Source: Anaerolineae bacterium
Lineage (GTDB): Bacteria; Chloroflexota; Anaerolineae; SpSt-600
DNA length: 64,000 nt
Reading direction: 5' to 3'
Assembly: GCA_025062375.1 (NCBI GenBank)
Contig: JANXAG010000004.1
Coordinates: 10,542-74,541, forward strand
Under the pieces are notes generated by a model. The model had not been told where the DNA came from. It saw only the letters and a list, made by a program, of their open reading frames with translations, and searched no databases. Position numbers and translations under genes: made by a program. Of the stretch, positions 39,001 through 48,659 are shown in pieces (the stretch's first letter is position 1; each line of letters starts with the position of its first letter).

Positions 39001-39266
39001 TGGCCAGAGAACTGGTGAGGCGCATCCAGAATATGCGCAAAGAGGCTGATTTCCGCATCGAGGATCGCATCTACACCTTCTACCAAGCAGGACCAGAGCT
39101 GCGGGAAGTTCTCATTCTCTTCGCTGATTACATAAAGAGGGAGACCCTTTCCCTGGAACTCATAGAAGGAGCACCGGAAGAGGGAGCATACACTTCAACT
39201 TTCGAACTGGAGGTAGACAAGGGCCTCAAAGAGAAGATCACCCTGGGAGTAAAGCAGGTCCGCTGA
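36078..39266 (+). CDS. ileS: isoleucyl-tRNA synthetase
   Basis: Class I HIGH region (PPTANGLPGVHH), KMSKS (KMSKSKGN), CP1 editing domain, 1062 aa long form. Confidence 0.95.
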   Translation: MGMAFKEVSPKVNLPQMEEEVLRFWKEHGIFEKSLEKRKDAPRYVFYEGPPTANGLPGVHHVLARVFKDLFPRYKTMKGYYCLRKGGWDTHGLPVELEIEKELGFTSKSQIEEFGIAEFNRLCKESVFRYVKEWEELTDRIGFWIDMKNAYITLSNEFIESVWWILKQFWDKGLIYKGYKSVPYCPRCGTPLSDHEVALGYKEVEDPSIYVLFPLRDEPGTYFLAWTTTPWTLPGNAALAIHPEVEYVAVEQVRDGKTERYILAKPLVGDVIRGEYRVVRTFHPQELARKYYIPLYSFLPLDKDAHYVLLADFVNIEEGTGIVHIAPAFGAEDLEVGQKYDLPIIQTVDPDGRMVEAVTPWKGLFVKEADPLIIKDLEERGLLYRRELYTHTYPFCWRCGTPLLYYAHPTWFIQTTRYRDLMVSLNKKINWVPEHIRDGRFGNWLENNIDWALSRNRYWGTPLPIWVCEGCEDMTFIGSYKELRDRVESSGYTWPDPWDPHRPYVDQVVFHCERCGGLKRRVPEVIDCWFDSGAMPVAQWHYPFENQEIFEDQFPADYICEAVDQTRGWFYSLHAISTMLFENLCFKNVICLGLILDEKGEKMSKSKGNVVDPWSVINQYGADAVRWYLFTAAPPGQERRFSQALVGEVVSKFMLTLWNSYAFFVTYANIDGFNPRENYVPPAERASLDRWILSELNLLVKNTTEAMERYDVPGAARPIEDFVDNLSNWYIRRSRRRFWKSEADQDKLSAYHTLYETLVTLSKLLAPFTPFIAEEIYRNLVLNVDPSAPESVHLCDYPVADESLIEQDLMVDTRLAMRLASLGLAARNKARIKVRQPLEKVLIKVRSEEEKARVLRIADQLQDELNVKEVELIDDETTVTSYRLDTVPELLGKKLGSLYPRVREHLQTITDPQVARRLLAGLPVEIELPEGSFTLSPEEVTVELVDKEGYASAFEAGYLVAVTTTITPQLRREGLARELVRRIQNMRKEADFRIEDRIYTFYQAGPELREVLILFADYIKRETLSLELIEGAPEEGAYTSTFELEVDKGLKEKITLGVKQVR

Positions 39267-39287
39267 ATTTCGCACCTATGACTTCAG

Positions 39288-39330
39288 GGGGTGGGAGTGC
39301 ATTTCATTCCCACCCCCTTTGCTTTTGTGT
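39288..39330 (+). terminator. rho-independent terminator after ileS
   Basis: Perfect 10-bp stem GGGGGTGGGA…TCCCACCCCC with an 11-nt loop, followed by a T-rich tract. Confidence 0.75.
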
Positions 39331-39481
39331 ATTTTATGTAAAATCTAATTTCGTTGTTTTTGAAAACGCCATAAATAAAGGCCAGAGGCCGAAACCGTGC
39401 CAAACCCCGTGGGTTTTTATTAAAGGACTTGTTCACCTTTGCTGCCCCCTTCGGTTAGTGTATAATATAGCCGGGGGAGTC

Positions 39482-40162
39482 ATGGATAGACAAGTGGAAG
39501 AGATTTTGAGGATACTTAAGGAGCCGGGTGTCCTCACGGATGAGCTTAAGCGTGAGCTTGTGGAGCTTCTGGTTTTTCCGCCGGAGAAAAAAAGAATGGC
39601 TTACGAGGAGTTTCTGGAGTGGGCTAATGAGGACACTCTGGCCGAGTGGGTGGAAGGGGAAGTTGTGCTGTATAGTCCTGCCTCCGCTTCGCACCAGAAT
39701 TTGCTTCGGTTTTTAGGGACTCTTCTGAGCCAATATGTAGAATTTCGCAACTTGGGAATAGTTCTTCTCCCTCCTTTTCAGATGAAGCTTCCGAGGTCGG
39801 GCAGGGAGCCTGACCTTTTGTTTGTGGCGAGGGAGAATGTTGGGAGGCTTAAGGGCACCCATCTTGAGGGTCCGGCGGACTTGGTGGTGGAGATAGTTTC
39901 TCCGGAGAGTGAGAGGAGGGATAGGGGTGAGAAGTTCTGGGAGTATCAGGAGGGTGGGGTAAGGGAATACTGGCTCATTGATCCTGAAAAAAGGAAGGCT
40001 GAATTCTGGGAGCTATCGTCCACTGGGAGGTTTCAGCTTAGGATGGAAGGTAGCGAGGGAAGATACGAAAGTGGAGTGATAGAAGGGTTCTGGCTCAGGA
40101 TAGAGTGGCTGTGGAGTTTACCCCCGATCCTGGAAGCTATTAAAGGGTTGGGGATTTTATAA
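39482..40162 (+). CDS. Uma2 family (DUF820) putative PD-(D/E)xK endonuclease, copy 1
   Basis: Start at MDRQVEEIL (the longer track ORF lacks an RBS). Uma2 hallmarks: PDL.FV, EVVSPESERRD, EYWLIDPE. Paralog at 51474-52157. Confidence 0.8.
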   Translation: MDRQVEEILRILKEPGVLTDELKRELVELLVFPPEKKRMAYEEFLEWANEDTLAEWVEGEVVLYSPASASHQNLLRFLGTLLSQYVEFRNLGIVLLPPFQMKLPRSGREPDLLFVARENVGRLKGTHLEGPADLVVEIVSPESERRDRGEKFWEYQEGGVREYWLIDPEKRKAEFWELSSTGRFQLRMEGSEGRYESGVIEGFWLRIEWLWSLPPILEAIKGLGIL

Positions 40163-40387
40163 GACAAATTGAACCGAACAGGGTTTGGAGGTAAGTGGCG
40201 AAAGCCCGTTTTATTTTTTGACGGGGGTAACCGTTGGCCGTATTATTGCAGGCAAAGCCAAGCAATTTGCTAATTGCCCCTGAGGGTTTTTTATTACACT
40301 TTGCTTGCGGCACGCTTTGTCGCCTTGGAGAAACGTTAAAGGGATGCCCTCTTTGGAGCACAGGCAAACAATCGCTGCGGAGGAAAA

Positions 40388-41704
40388 ATGGACTACAAAG
40401 AAGAAATTTACCGTAATTTGGACAACCCTGAAGGCCTGGAGAAAATTTACCGCCAAGCCCTGAAAAACGGGGAGGCTGGGCTCTTCGCTGAAGCCATAGA
40501 AAGCCTCTTTTCCACCTATCCCCAGAACCTCCTCCTGGCTGCCTGGCATTACCGGCTGAGGGAAGAAACCGTTGTGGGCGCAGTCCCTGGCCGGACCCCT
40601 CTGCATTGGTTCTTAGCTGTGCTTCTGGCCATACCCAATGGCCTTATCTTCTGGTGGTTAAGTGATTTTCGGCTGATGGCTCGTCAGTTTCAACCCCTCT
40701 TCATCATTTATTGGGCCCCGATAGCCGCCGCTTTCATCCTCCTTTACCTTTTCTTCAACCGCCGGCAATTTCCGAGACGGCTCGCTCTGGTTTTGGTCGC
40801 CCTCGCTTTCATCAGCTTTTGGGTTTACTGGGCTGATTTCCTTATTAAGGAGGAAATCTTCTGGAAACAATATCTTACTCTGGGAGCAATCCACCTCATT
40901 TTCCTTTCGTGGGCTGCCATAGGCCTTTACGTTTTGAAGGAACAATACGATGTGGAAAGCCGGTTCGCTTTCCTGGCCAAATCCCTTGAAGCCCTGGTTA
41001 TGGGCGGACTCATGGGCATAGTCCTCGGGATTTTCACGGGCATTTCCATGGGCCTCTTTTCCACTCTTAGCCTTTATATTCCCGATCCCATTTTCCGGAT
41101 TTTCTATGGCGGGGCAGGCTGCATTCCCGTCCTTGCTGTGGCCTCAGTCTATGAGCCATTACGTCGCCTGAGGGAACAAAGCTTCGCCGCTGTATTCCGG
41201 TTCACCACCCTTTTGCTCCGCTTTTTCCTCTTCCCCTCAATCCTGATTCTACTCATCTATATCATCCTCATCCCCTTTAACTTCATGGAGCCTTTCTACA
41301 ATCGCGAAGCTCTTGTAGTTTATAACATCATGCTCTTTGCTGTCGTGGCGCTTCTCCTTTGGACTACCCCTGTGGAAAGGGTGGAGCTTTCTGAGAGGTT
41401 AAGCCGCTGGCTGAAGTATGGACATATAACCCTGACTTCGCTGGCTATACTTGTGAGCCTGTATGCTTTCTCGGCCATAATTTACCGGACCTGGTGGGAT
41501 GGCTTGACCCCCAACCGGCTTACGGTGATAGGTTGGAATACAATAAACACCGCTCTCCTAATAATCCTTCTCTGGCGCGAGGCTAAAGCGGGCAAAGACT
41601 GGGTTGCTGCAACCCATAAAACCTTCGCCCAAGCAATGCCAGTCTATGCCGGGTGGAGTTTCCTGCTCCTTCTGGCTCTGCCTTTTATCTTCATAGGAGG
41701 ATAA
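40388..41704 (+). CDS. polytopic membrane protein of unknown function
   Basis: About 12 hydrophobic helices, no catalytic motif recognised. Confidence 0.45.
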   Translation: MDYKEEIYRNLDNPEGLEKIYRQALKNGEAGLFAEAIESLFSTYPQNLLLAAWHYRLREETVVGAVPGRTPLHWFLAVLLAIPNGLIFWWLSDFRLMARQFQPLFIIYWAPIAAAFILLYLFFNRRQFPRRLALVLVALAFISFWVYWADFLIKEEIFWKQYLTLGAIHLIFLSWAAIGLYVLKEQYDVESRFAFLAKSLEALVMGGLMGIVLGIFTGISMGLFSTLSLYIPDPIFRIFYGGAGCIPVLAVASVYEPLRRLREQSFAAVFRFTTLLLRFFLFPSILILLIYIILIPFNFMEPFYNREALVVYNIMLFAVVALLLWTTPVERVELSERLSRWLKYGHITLTSLAILVSLYAFSAIIYRTWWDGLTPNRLTVIGWNTINTALLIILLWREAKAGKDWVAATHKTFAQAMPVYAGWSFLLLLALPFIFIGG

Positions 41705-41705
41705 A

Positions 41706-42149
41706 ATGAACCGGGGCCTTTACTTTGAAGACATAACTGAAGGGATGGCTGTCCGCTCTCCGGGGCGCACAGTCACCGAAGCAGATATTGTTATGTTCTC
41801 GGCTCTCTCAGGGGACTGGAACCAGCTCCATACCGATGTCGAATACGCTAAATCCACCCCCTTTGGCGAGAGAATAGCCCACGGCCTTCTGGGCCTTGCC
41901 ATCGCCTCAGGCCTTGCTTCCCGCCTTGGATTTCTGGAAGGCACTGTGGAAGCTTTCCTGAGCCTTGACTGGAAATTCAAAGCTCCTATAAAGATTGGCG
42001 ACACCGTCTATCTGGAAGCCTCCGTGGCCCGAAAAAGGGCCATGCCTGGCCTCGGAGGCGTCGTGGTCTTTGACGTGGCTCTCCTTAACCAGAGAGGCGA
42101 GGTGGTCCAGAAAGGCCAGTGGACTGTTCTGGTCAAGAGAAAACCTTAA
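41706..42149 (+). CDS. MaoC-like (R)-hydratase hot-dog fold protein
   Basis: MaoC dehydratase motif (FSALSGDWNQLHTD…AHGLLG). Confidence 0.8.
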   Translation: MNRGLYFEDITEGMAVRSPGRTVTEADIVMFSALSGDWNQLHTDVEYAKSTPFGERIAHGLLGLAIASGLASRLGFLEGTVEAFLSLDWKFKAPIKIGDTVYLEASVARKRAMPGLGGVVVFDVALLNQRGEVVQKGQWTVLVKRKP

Positions 42150-42160
42150 GGAGGTTGGCC

Positions 42161-43201
42161 ATGGATCTCTACGGGAAGGATCTGATTTGCACTCAGGAAT
42201 GGAGCCTGGAAGAGCTCTGGGCTGTCCTTGACCTGGCGGCCAAAATGAAAAGGGAGCGCTTCTCTCCCCGCTGGAGCGAAGCCCTCAAGGGCAAAACCTT
42301 CTTCATGCTTTTCTATAACCCTTCAGTTCGCACCCGTATATCCTTTGAAGCTGCCATAACGGAACTCGGGGGGCATGCCCAGTACCTCGTGCCTGAAACC
42401 ATGCGCCTTAAGACCGAAAAGACCGCTGGCGAAACCATTGAGGATGCCGCCAAAGTTATGAGCCGATATGGTGTAGGCCTCGGCATCCGCATCTTAGAGG
42501 ACAAAGTTCCTTATTATGGAGCTGGTAATGAGCTGATAAGGGAATATGCCCGCTACGCTGATATCCCCGTCATCAACATGGCCGACGACAAATTCCACCC
42601 TTGCCAGGGCTTGGCTGATATAATGGGGTGGATGGAGTGGTGGGGGAACGGCGTGGGTAAACCCCTGGACCCCGAATCCATTCGCGGAAAGAAACTCCTG
42701 GTCGTTTGGGGGCATGGGGCTCTGGCCCGCTCCTGGTGTTCAGTTCAGGAAGCCCTCCTCATAGGCTCCCGTTTCGGTATGCATGTAACCCTTGCCTATC
42801 CCGAAGGTTATGACCTGGATCCCGAAGTAATTGAACAGGTGAAAGCTAACTGTCGGGCCAACGGCACCACCTTTGAAATCGTCCACGATCCCATCTCCGG
42901 CTATGAAGGAGCCCATGTGGTCTATTCCCGCCACTGGATGAGCCCTCAGGCCTATCGGGATGGGGTTTTCCACAAACAAGAAGAAATTGAGAAAGCGCTT
43001 CGTTACCCCGAATGGATATGCGACGAAGAAAAAATGAAGCGCACCGCCAACGCTATATTCACCCATCCCATGCCAGTGGACCGGGGACATGAGGTTACCG
43101 ATGGGGTGGCCAGTGGGCCTCGTTCCTGCATCTACGACGTGGCTGAAAACCGCCTTCACGTCCAGAAGGCGATAATGGTCCTGACCATGGCTAACTGGTA
43201 A
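42161..43201 (+). CDS. YgeW-like carbamoyltransferase (OTCase/ATCase superfamily)
   Basis: ATG at 42161 after TAAGGAGG. Carbamoyl-phosphate-binding S.RTR (SVRTRISFE) and HPCQ motifs. Confidence 0.75.
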   Translation: MDLYGKDLICTQEWSLEELWAVLDLAAKMKRERFSPRWSEALKGKTFFMLFYNPSVRTRISFEAAITELGGHAQYLVPETMRLKTEKTAGETIEDAAKVMSRYGVGLGIRILEDKVPYYGAGNELIREYARYADIPVINMADDKFHPCQGLADIMGWMEWWGNGVGKPLDPESIRGKKLLVVWGHGALARSWCSVQEALLIGSRFGMHVTLAYPEGYDLDPEVIEQVKANCRANGTTFEIVHDPISGYEGAHVVYSRHWMSPQAYRDGVFHKQEEIEKALRYPEWICDEEKMKRTANAIFTHPMPVDRGHEVTDGVASGPRSCIYDVAENRLHVQKAIMVLTMANW

Positions 43202-43225
43202 AAATCCTTCAAGGAGGATAAGAGT

Positions 43226-44173
43226 ATGGGTAGAAAGGGCTTAGCAGTTGTAGCTATAGGGGGAAACTCTCTTATAAAGGACCCCCAGCATCAAACCGTT
43301 CCTGACCAATTTGCTGCAGCTTGTGAAACAGCCTGGCATATAGCTGAGATGATAGAAGATGGATGGGATGTGATCATAACCCATGGCAATGGCCCGCAGG
43401 TGGGCTTTATCCTGCTGCGCTCCGAACTGGCTCGTCACGTTCTCCATACAGTCCCTTTAGACTCCTGTGGAGCTGATACTCAGGGAGCTATCGGTTACAT
43501 GCTTCAGCAATGCCTCTACAACGCTTTCCTCAAGAAAGGGATGAAGAAACAGGCCGTAACGGTGGTTACTCAGGTGGTGGTGGACCGGAACGACCCCGCC
43601 TTCCAGAACCCTTCAAAGCCCATTGGGCCTTTCATGAGCAAAGAAGAAGCCCTCAAGCGCAAAGAAGAGGACGGTTGGGATGTAATGGAGGATGCTGGTC
43701 GGGGCTGGAGGCGGGTTGTCCCTTCCCCCTATCCACTGGAAATTGTGGAACTTGATGCCATAAAATACCTCGTGGACCAGGGCTTTGTGGTTATAGCGGT
43801 GGGCGGAGGGGGTATACCGGTTATAAGACTGGATGATGGTACCCTCAAGGGAGTTGAAGCAGTAATTGATAAAGACCTGGCCTCGAGCCTCTTAGCCGTT
43901 GGCATAAAAGCCGACCTCTTCCTCATAAGCACTGCTGTGGAGAAAGTAGCCCTGAATTACAAAAAGCCCAATCAGGTCTGGCTGGATAGAATAACCCTTG
44001 AAGAAGCAAAGCGGTATTACGATGAAGGCCACTTCCCACCCGGGAGCATGGGCCCCAAGATACAGGCCATAATTAACTACCTGGAGCAGGGTGGGAGAAA
44101 AGCCATAATTACCAGCCCTGAAAATATAACCAGAGCCTTGAGGGGCGAAACAGGCACCCACATCGTCCCCTGA
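43226..44173 (+). CDS. carbamate kinase
   Basis: Amino-acid kinase fold: AVVAIGGNSL…, ITHGNGPQVG, VIAVGGGGIPV. Confidence 0.85.
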   Translation: MGRKGLAVVAIGGNSLIKDPQHQTVPDQFAAACETAWHIAEMIEDGWDVIITHGNGPQVGFILLRSELARHVLHTVPLDSCGADTQGAIGYMLQQCLYNAFLKKGMKKQAVTVVTQVVVDRNDPAFQNPSKPIGPFMSKEEALKRKEEDGWDVMEDAGRGWRRVVPSPYPLEIVELDAIKYLVDQGFVVIAVGGGGIPVIRLDDGTLKGVEAVIDKDLASSLLAVGIKADLFLISTAVEKVALNYKKPNQVWLDRITLEEAKRYYDEGHFPPGSMGPKIQAIINYLEQGGRKAIITSPENITRALRGETGTHIVP

Positions 44174-44246
44174 TTACACTGATTCATATTAAAATAGCAA
44201 ATCCTGCCCACAAACCTCCAACCCTGAGCGGACGAGGAGGTACCCT

Positions 44247-44275
44247 TTGCTTTTGTTACTAAACTATAGTATAAT
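44247..44275 (+). promoter_or_regulatory. sigma-70 promoter TTGCTT-17-TATAAT upstream of the sensor kinase
   Basis: Consensus hexamers at 44247-44252 and 44270-44275. Confidence 0.55.
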
Positions 44276-44304
44276 TAGCGCAAAACAGGCAGAGGATATT
44301 TCTA

Positions 44305-47300
44305 ATGAAGAACCTGCCCATTCAAGCCTGGCTCGACGGAATAGCGACGGCCATATTGGTCATCTCGCCTCAGGGTGAGATAACCTTCGCCAACCGAAAG
44401 GCCCTGGAAATATTGGAATCTACCCTTGAAGGAGTGGTGGGCAAACCGATAAGTTTTTTTGTGAAAAATTTTGACGAAAAGACTATTGAAGCCCTGGCCA
44501 AAAGAACCGCACCAACAACCTTTGCCTTCAAAACCTTCATTATATGCCCGAGCGGGAAGAAAATCTCCGTTTTAGTTACCCCTTCCCTGGTATGGGATAA
44601 CGGGGAACTAAGAGCCTTAATTCTAACTCTTGAGAAAGCTCCCCCGTCTCCTCCGCCTGCTCAATATCTGCCCATCTTGGCTTCTGTAGCCAGAGCAGCC
44701 TCCTCTTCACTTCACCTTGAAGAGATAGCTGAAGCTGTCTACAAAGAATTGGCCAAAGCCATCCCTCTGGATGCTTTCTATATCGCTCTGTATTACCCGG
44801 AAACAGAAGAGCTGGACTTTATAATTCGGGTGGATGAAGGGATAAAGGAGCCCAGGGAGCGCCGGAAGCTGGCCCCAGGACTTACCCAGATCGTCCTGAA
44901 AAATACAGCCCCTCTGCTTATTGCAGACCTGGAGAAAGAGCCTTATCCCTTTACTCTCTGGGGAACTGGTAAGGTCCCCCGCTCTTACCTCGGGGTCCCG
45001 ATGATTGCTGAGGACAAAGTAATGGGGGTTATATCGGTCCAGTCTTATACCCCCGCCTCCTACTCCTGGGAAGATGTAGAAATGCTCATGACAGTAGCCT
45101 CTCATCTGGCTTTAACTTTTCGCAACGCCCTCCTTCACGACCAAATCGTCAAATTGGCCAATAGGCTTTCAATTTTGAACGAAATAGCCCGCCACACCAT
45201 TATCCTCACTGATATTGAAAACATATTGCAGAAAATAACTCAGATTATCTGGGAAAAGCTCGGCCATTATGGGGTATTGCTCTTCCTGGTGGAAGGAGAA
45301 GAAGCTGTCTTGAGAGCTGTCGCTGGGGAGCTTGCCCGGGTGGCAGGGCCTGGATACCGTCAGCACCTATCCCAGGGGATAATCGGCTGGAGCATAACTC
45401 GCAACGAAATTACCCTCTGCAATGATGTTTTAAAAGACTCCCGCTATATACCCGGGCCCGTTCCCCTGGGTCTGGTGAAATCCGAATTATGCGTTCCCAT
45501 AAGCTTCAAAGGAAAAACCATAGGAGCTATTGACCTTCAGGATACTCAGCCCGGAGCCTTTTCCCCTGAGGATGCTACAACTCTCGAAGCCGTCGCTTCC
45601 CTGGTAGCAATAGTCCTTCACAATGCCAGGCTCTACCAATCATTGCGGGAAGAAAGGAAACTGCTTCGAACTTCCGCTGATGCCCTTCCTTTAGAAATAA
45701 TGGTCTTGAACCAGGACATGATGATAGTGGCGGCTAACAGAACTCTACTCGAAAATTACAAACTCACCCTTGGAGAAGTTATAGGGAAACCTTGGCGCGA
45801 TGTTCTGAAAAGCTCAGAAATTGAGGCCAGAGTGCAGGAAGCTTTCAGGGAAAACAGATTGGTTGTGTGGGAAGAAAAAGAGGGGGAAAAGGCTTACCGG
45901 GCCTTCGTTACCCCTGTTCCGGAAACTCCCTGGGCAGTCCTGGGGCGCCAGGATATAACCTCTGAGAAAGCCTTAGCCGAGAAACTGAAAATAATCCACA
46001 AGTTGGGCCGGGAATTGGTTATGGCTCAGGATGAGGATTATGTAATCCAGGCTGTCCTGGAAGCTGCCTATTCGGCCCTGGGGTTCAAAACTGTAGCTTA
46101 CTTAGAAGTAGACCGAACGGAAAACATCATCCGCCTTCGAGGCATTAAAGGTTATGAACTTTCAAGAGATTTCTCCCTTCCTCTGGATGGGGAGAAAGGC
46201 CTTACAGTTGCTGCTGTCCGCTCCGGTGAACTTCTGTACGTGCCGGATGTGACAAAAGACCCTCGCTTTGTACCGGGGCCCAGAGAACTTAACACCCGCT
46301 CCGAAGTGGATATCCCAGTCAAAGTAAGGGGCGAGGTTACGGGCGTTTTAAACGTTGAGGACGAGAGAGAAGACGCCTTCAGCCCTGAAGACATCCGCCT
46401 CCTCACGACTCTGGCCGATTACATGGGCATTGCCCTGGAAAATATCCGCCTTTTCCAGGCCGAAAAGAAATCCCGTATTCTGGCCGAGGCCCTTTCCCGC
46501 GCCGTTGTAAGGCTGAGCTCAACCCTTGAACTTGAAAGCATCCTGGACCTGATCCTGGAGCAAGTTAGCTCCATAGTCCAGGGCGATGCCTTTAACATCC
46601 TGTTTGTGGAAGGAGATAAAGCTAAAGTAATACGCGCCCGTGGATATGAGAAGTTTGGGTTAGCAGAGATGGTGCAGGGGCTGATTTTACCCCTTTACCC
46701 CAACTTGAGGCGCATGATGGAAACAGGCCAGGTTGTCCTCATCCCCGACACCGAATCCGAGCCTGAGTGGGTTAAGATCCCCGGCTTTGAATGGCTGCGT
46801 TCCTACGTGGCTGCACCCATCCGACTGGGCTCTGAGACCATAGGATTCCTCTGCGTGGATGGAACCGTCCCAGGGCAATTTTCCTATGAGGATGCTCGCC
46901 GGCTTGAAATTTTTGCGTCTGCTGCAGCTGTAGCCATAAACAATGCCCGCTTGACCTACGAGCTTAAAGAATCAGAAGCCCGCTATCGTTCCCTTAGCGA
47001 GGAATGGGAGCTTACGTTTAACTCCATAAACGACGCTGTATTTATTGCAAGCAATGATTTCACTATCTTAAGGGCTAACAAGGCTACCGCCAAACTTCTG
47101 GGATTCTCTTCACCTGAAGAGCTAATAGGTTTCAAATGCTATACCCTCGTCCACGGAACCAGGGAGCCTACTCCGGATTGCCCTTTCAATAAAATGTTAG
47201 CAACCCAGAAGCCAGTATCGGAAGAAATTGAAGAACCACACCTCAAGCGAATCCTCTCCATTGGCTTGTTCCCCGTCTTTAACCAAGAAGGACAGATAGT

Positions 47301-48480
47301 TTCCTTCGTTCACTCCATAAGGGATGTCACAGCCGAAAGAGAATTCAGAGAGCGCCTCTTCCAGGCCGAAAAGCTCGCTTCCATAGGCCAATTGATCTCC
47401 GGGGTTGCCCATGAACTCAACAATCCTTTGACTTCGGTACTGGCCCATGCTCAGCTTTTGAGCCTGGACCCTTCCATGCCTGAAAGTGCCCGTGAAAGCC
47501 TTAAGTGGATAGAAGAAGAAGCCCGCAGAGCCGCCAGTATCGTTCAGAACCTGCTGGATTTTGTTAGAAGGCGTCCTCCGAAAAGGGAAATGACCGATAT
47601 AAACGAACTCATCCGCAAAACCATATCTCTCAGAGCTTACGAAATGCGAGTGGAGAATATAGAAACTAAAACCGAGCTGGCGCCTTTCCTCCCATTAACT
47701 CTGGCAGACCCTCAACAGCTTCAGCAGGTTTTCCTCAACATCATCATAAATGCTGAGCAGGCGATGTATGAAGCCCACAGGGGTGGGACTTTGATTGTCA
47801 GAACTTCTCTAACTCCAGAAAACTACATCCGGATTGAATTTTGCGATGACGGCCCTGGCATCCCCAAGGAGCATATGTCTCGCATCTTTGACCCCTTCTT
47901 CACTACGAAGGAGAAGGGAACGGGAATGGGGTTGACCATTGCCTACAATTTGGTGAAAGAGCACGGGGGGAGGATTTGGGCTCGCAATAACACTCCTGAA
48001 CCGGGTGTCACCTTCTTTGTGGAAATCCCTTTAACGGCCGGGGAAGAGGAAAAGTGGGCTGAAGAGCTTTTAAAGCAATTGGAGGAGAAATTGCCCTCCG
48101 CTCGAGCGCTGGTGGTGGAGGATGAAAAGGCTATAGCTATCGTGCTGGAAACTTTCTTGATGCGGGAAGGCATAGAGGTGCATACAGTGGCGGATGGAGA
48201 AGAGGCCCTTAAAATCCTGGAAAACCAAGATTTTGACCTTATAATTTCAGACGTGCGTTTGCCGAAGCTCAGCGGCATGGCCCTGTATGATATGGTCAAG
48301 GCTAGCAAGCCCCATCTTGCTGACCGCTTCGTTTTCATAACTGGTGATGTCCTTACCCCGGCCACCGAAGCCTTCCTCCACTCCACCGGTTCCCTCTATT
48401 TAATGAAGCCCTTCAGCATCAGTCAGCTCAGGGAAGTCACAGAAAAGGCCCTCAGGAAACGGCGAGATGCTGTCTGCTGA
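44305..48480 (+). CDS. multi-sensor hybrid histidine kinase (PAS + several GAF + HisKA + HATPase + receiver)
   Basis: H-box (GVAHELNNPLTSV), N/G-boxes (FDPFFTTKEKGTGMGL), C-terminal REC (LVVEDEKAIA…DLIISDVRLP). At least three GAF-like and two PAS-like segments. Confidence 0.85.
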   Translation: MKNLPIQAWLDGIATAILVISPQGEITFANRKALEILESTLEGVVGKPISFFVKNFDEKTIEALAKRTAPTTFAFKTFIICPSGKKISVLVTPSLVWDNGELRALILTLEKAPPSPPPAQYLPILASVARAASSSLHLEEIAEAVYKELAKAIPLDAFYIALYYPETEELDFIIRVDEGIKEPRERRKLAPGLTQIVLKNTAPLLIADLEKEPYPFTLWGTGKVPRSYLGVPMIAEDKVMGVISVQSYTPASYSWEDVEMLMTVASHLALTFRNALLHDQIVKLANRLSILNEIARHTIILTDIENILQKITQIIWEKLGHYGVLLFLVEGEEAVLRAVAGELARVAGPGYRQHLSQGIIGWSITRNEITLCNDVLKDSRYIPGPVPLGLVKSELCVPISFKGKTIGAIDLQDTQPGAFSPEDATTLEAVASLVAIVLHNARLYQSLREERKLLRTSADALPLEIMVLNQDMMIVAANRTLLENYKLTLGEVIGKPWRDVLKSSEIEARVQEAFRENRLVVWEEKEGEKAYRAFVTPVPETPWAVLGRQDITSEKALAEKLKIIHKLGRELVMAQDEDYVIQAVLEAAYSALGFKTVAYLEVDRTENIIRLRGIKGYELSRDFSLPLDGEKGLTVAAVRSGELLYVPDVTKDPRFVPGPRELNTRSEVDIPVKVRGEVTGVLNVEDEREDAFSPEDIRLLTTLADYMGIALENIRLFQAEKKSRILAEALSRAVVRLSSTLELESILDLILEQVSSIVQGDAFNILFVEGDKAKVIRARGYEKFGLAEMVQGLILPLYPNLRRMMETGQVVLIPDTESEPEWVKIPGFEWLRSYVAAPIRLGSETIGFLCVDGTVPGQFSYEDARRLEIFASAAAVAINNARLTYELKESEARYRSLSEEWELTFNSINDAVFIASNDFTILRANKATAKLLGFSSPEELIGFKCYTLVHGTREPTPDCPFNKMLATQKPVSEEIEEPHLKRILSIGLFPVFNQEGQIVSFVHSIRDVTAEREFRERLFQAEKLASIGQLISGVAHELNNPLTSVLAHAQLLSLDPSMPESARESLKWIEEEARRAASIVQNLLDFVRRRPPKREMTDINELIRKTISLRAYEMRVENIETKTELAPFLPLTLADPQQLQQVFLNIIINAEQAMYEAHRGGTLIVRTSLTPENYIRIEFCDDGPGIPKEHMSRIFDPFFTTKEKGTGMGLTIAYNLVKEHGGRIWARNNTPEPGVTFFVEIPLTAGEEEKWAEELLKQLEEKLPSARALVVEDEKAIAIVLETFLMREGIEVHTVADGEEALKILENQDFDLIISDVRLPKLSGMALYDMVKASKPHLADRFVFITGDVLTPATEAFLHSTGSLYLMKPFSISQLREVTEKALRKRRDAVC

Positions 48481-48584
48481 GAAGAGGTTGAGTTTTACAA
48501 GTTCTCCGAAGTTACGCCCTCCAGAGGTTCACAACTCAACACCGTTTACTGTTAACCCCGATTTTCAAGCCGCCTCGCCGATTT

Positions 48585-48613
48585 TTGACGATGCACCGTC
48601 TCTTCGGTATAAT
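48585..48613 (+). promoter_or_regulatory. sigma-70 promoter TTGACG-17-TATAAT
   Basis: Hexamers at 48585-48590 and 48608-48613, upstream of the peptidase gene. Confidence 0.55.
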
Positions 48614-48659
48614 AAATTAAGATTGGTTTACCCAACTTTTGAGGGGAGGTGAGCTTAAG

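Noticed and set aside
36042-39086. Three long minus-strand ORFs (294, 275, 358 aa) inside ileS
   Set aside because: ileS is certain (HIGH/KMSKS). The antisense ORFs are artefacts.
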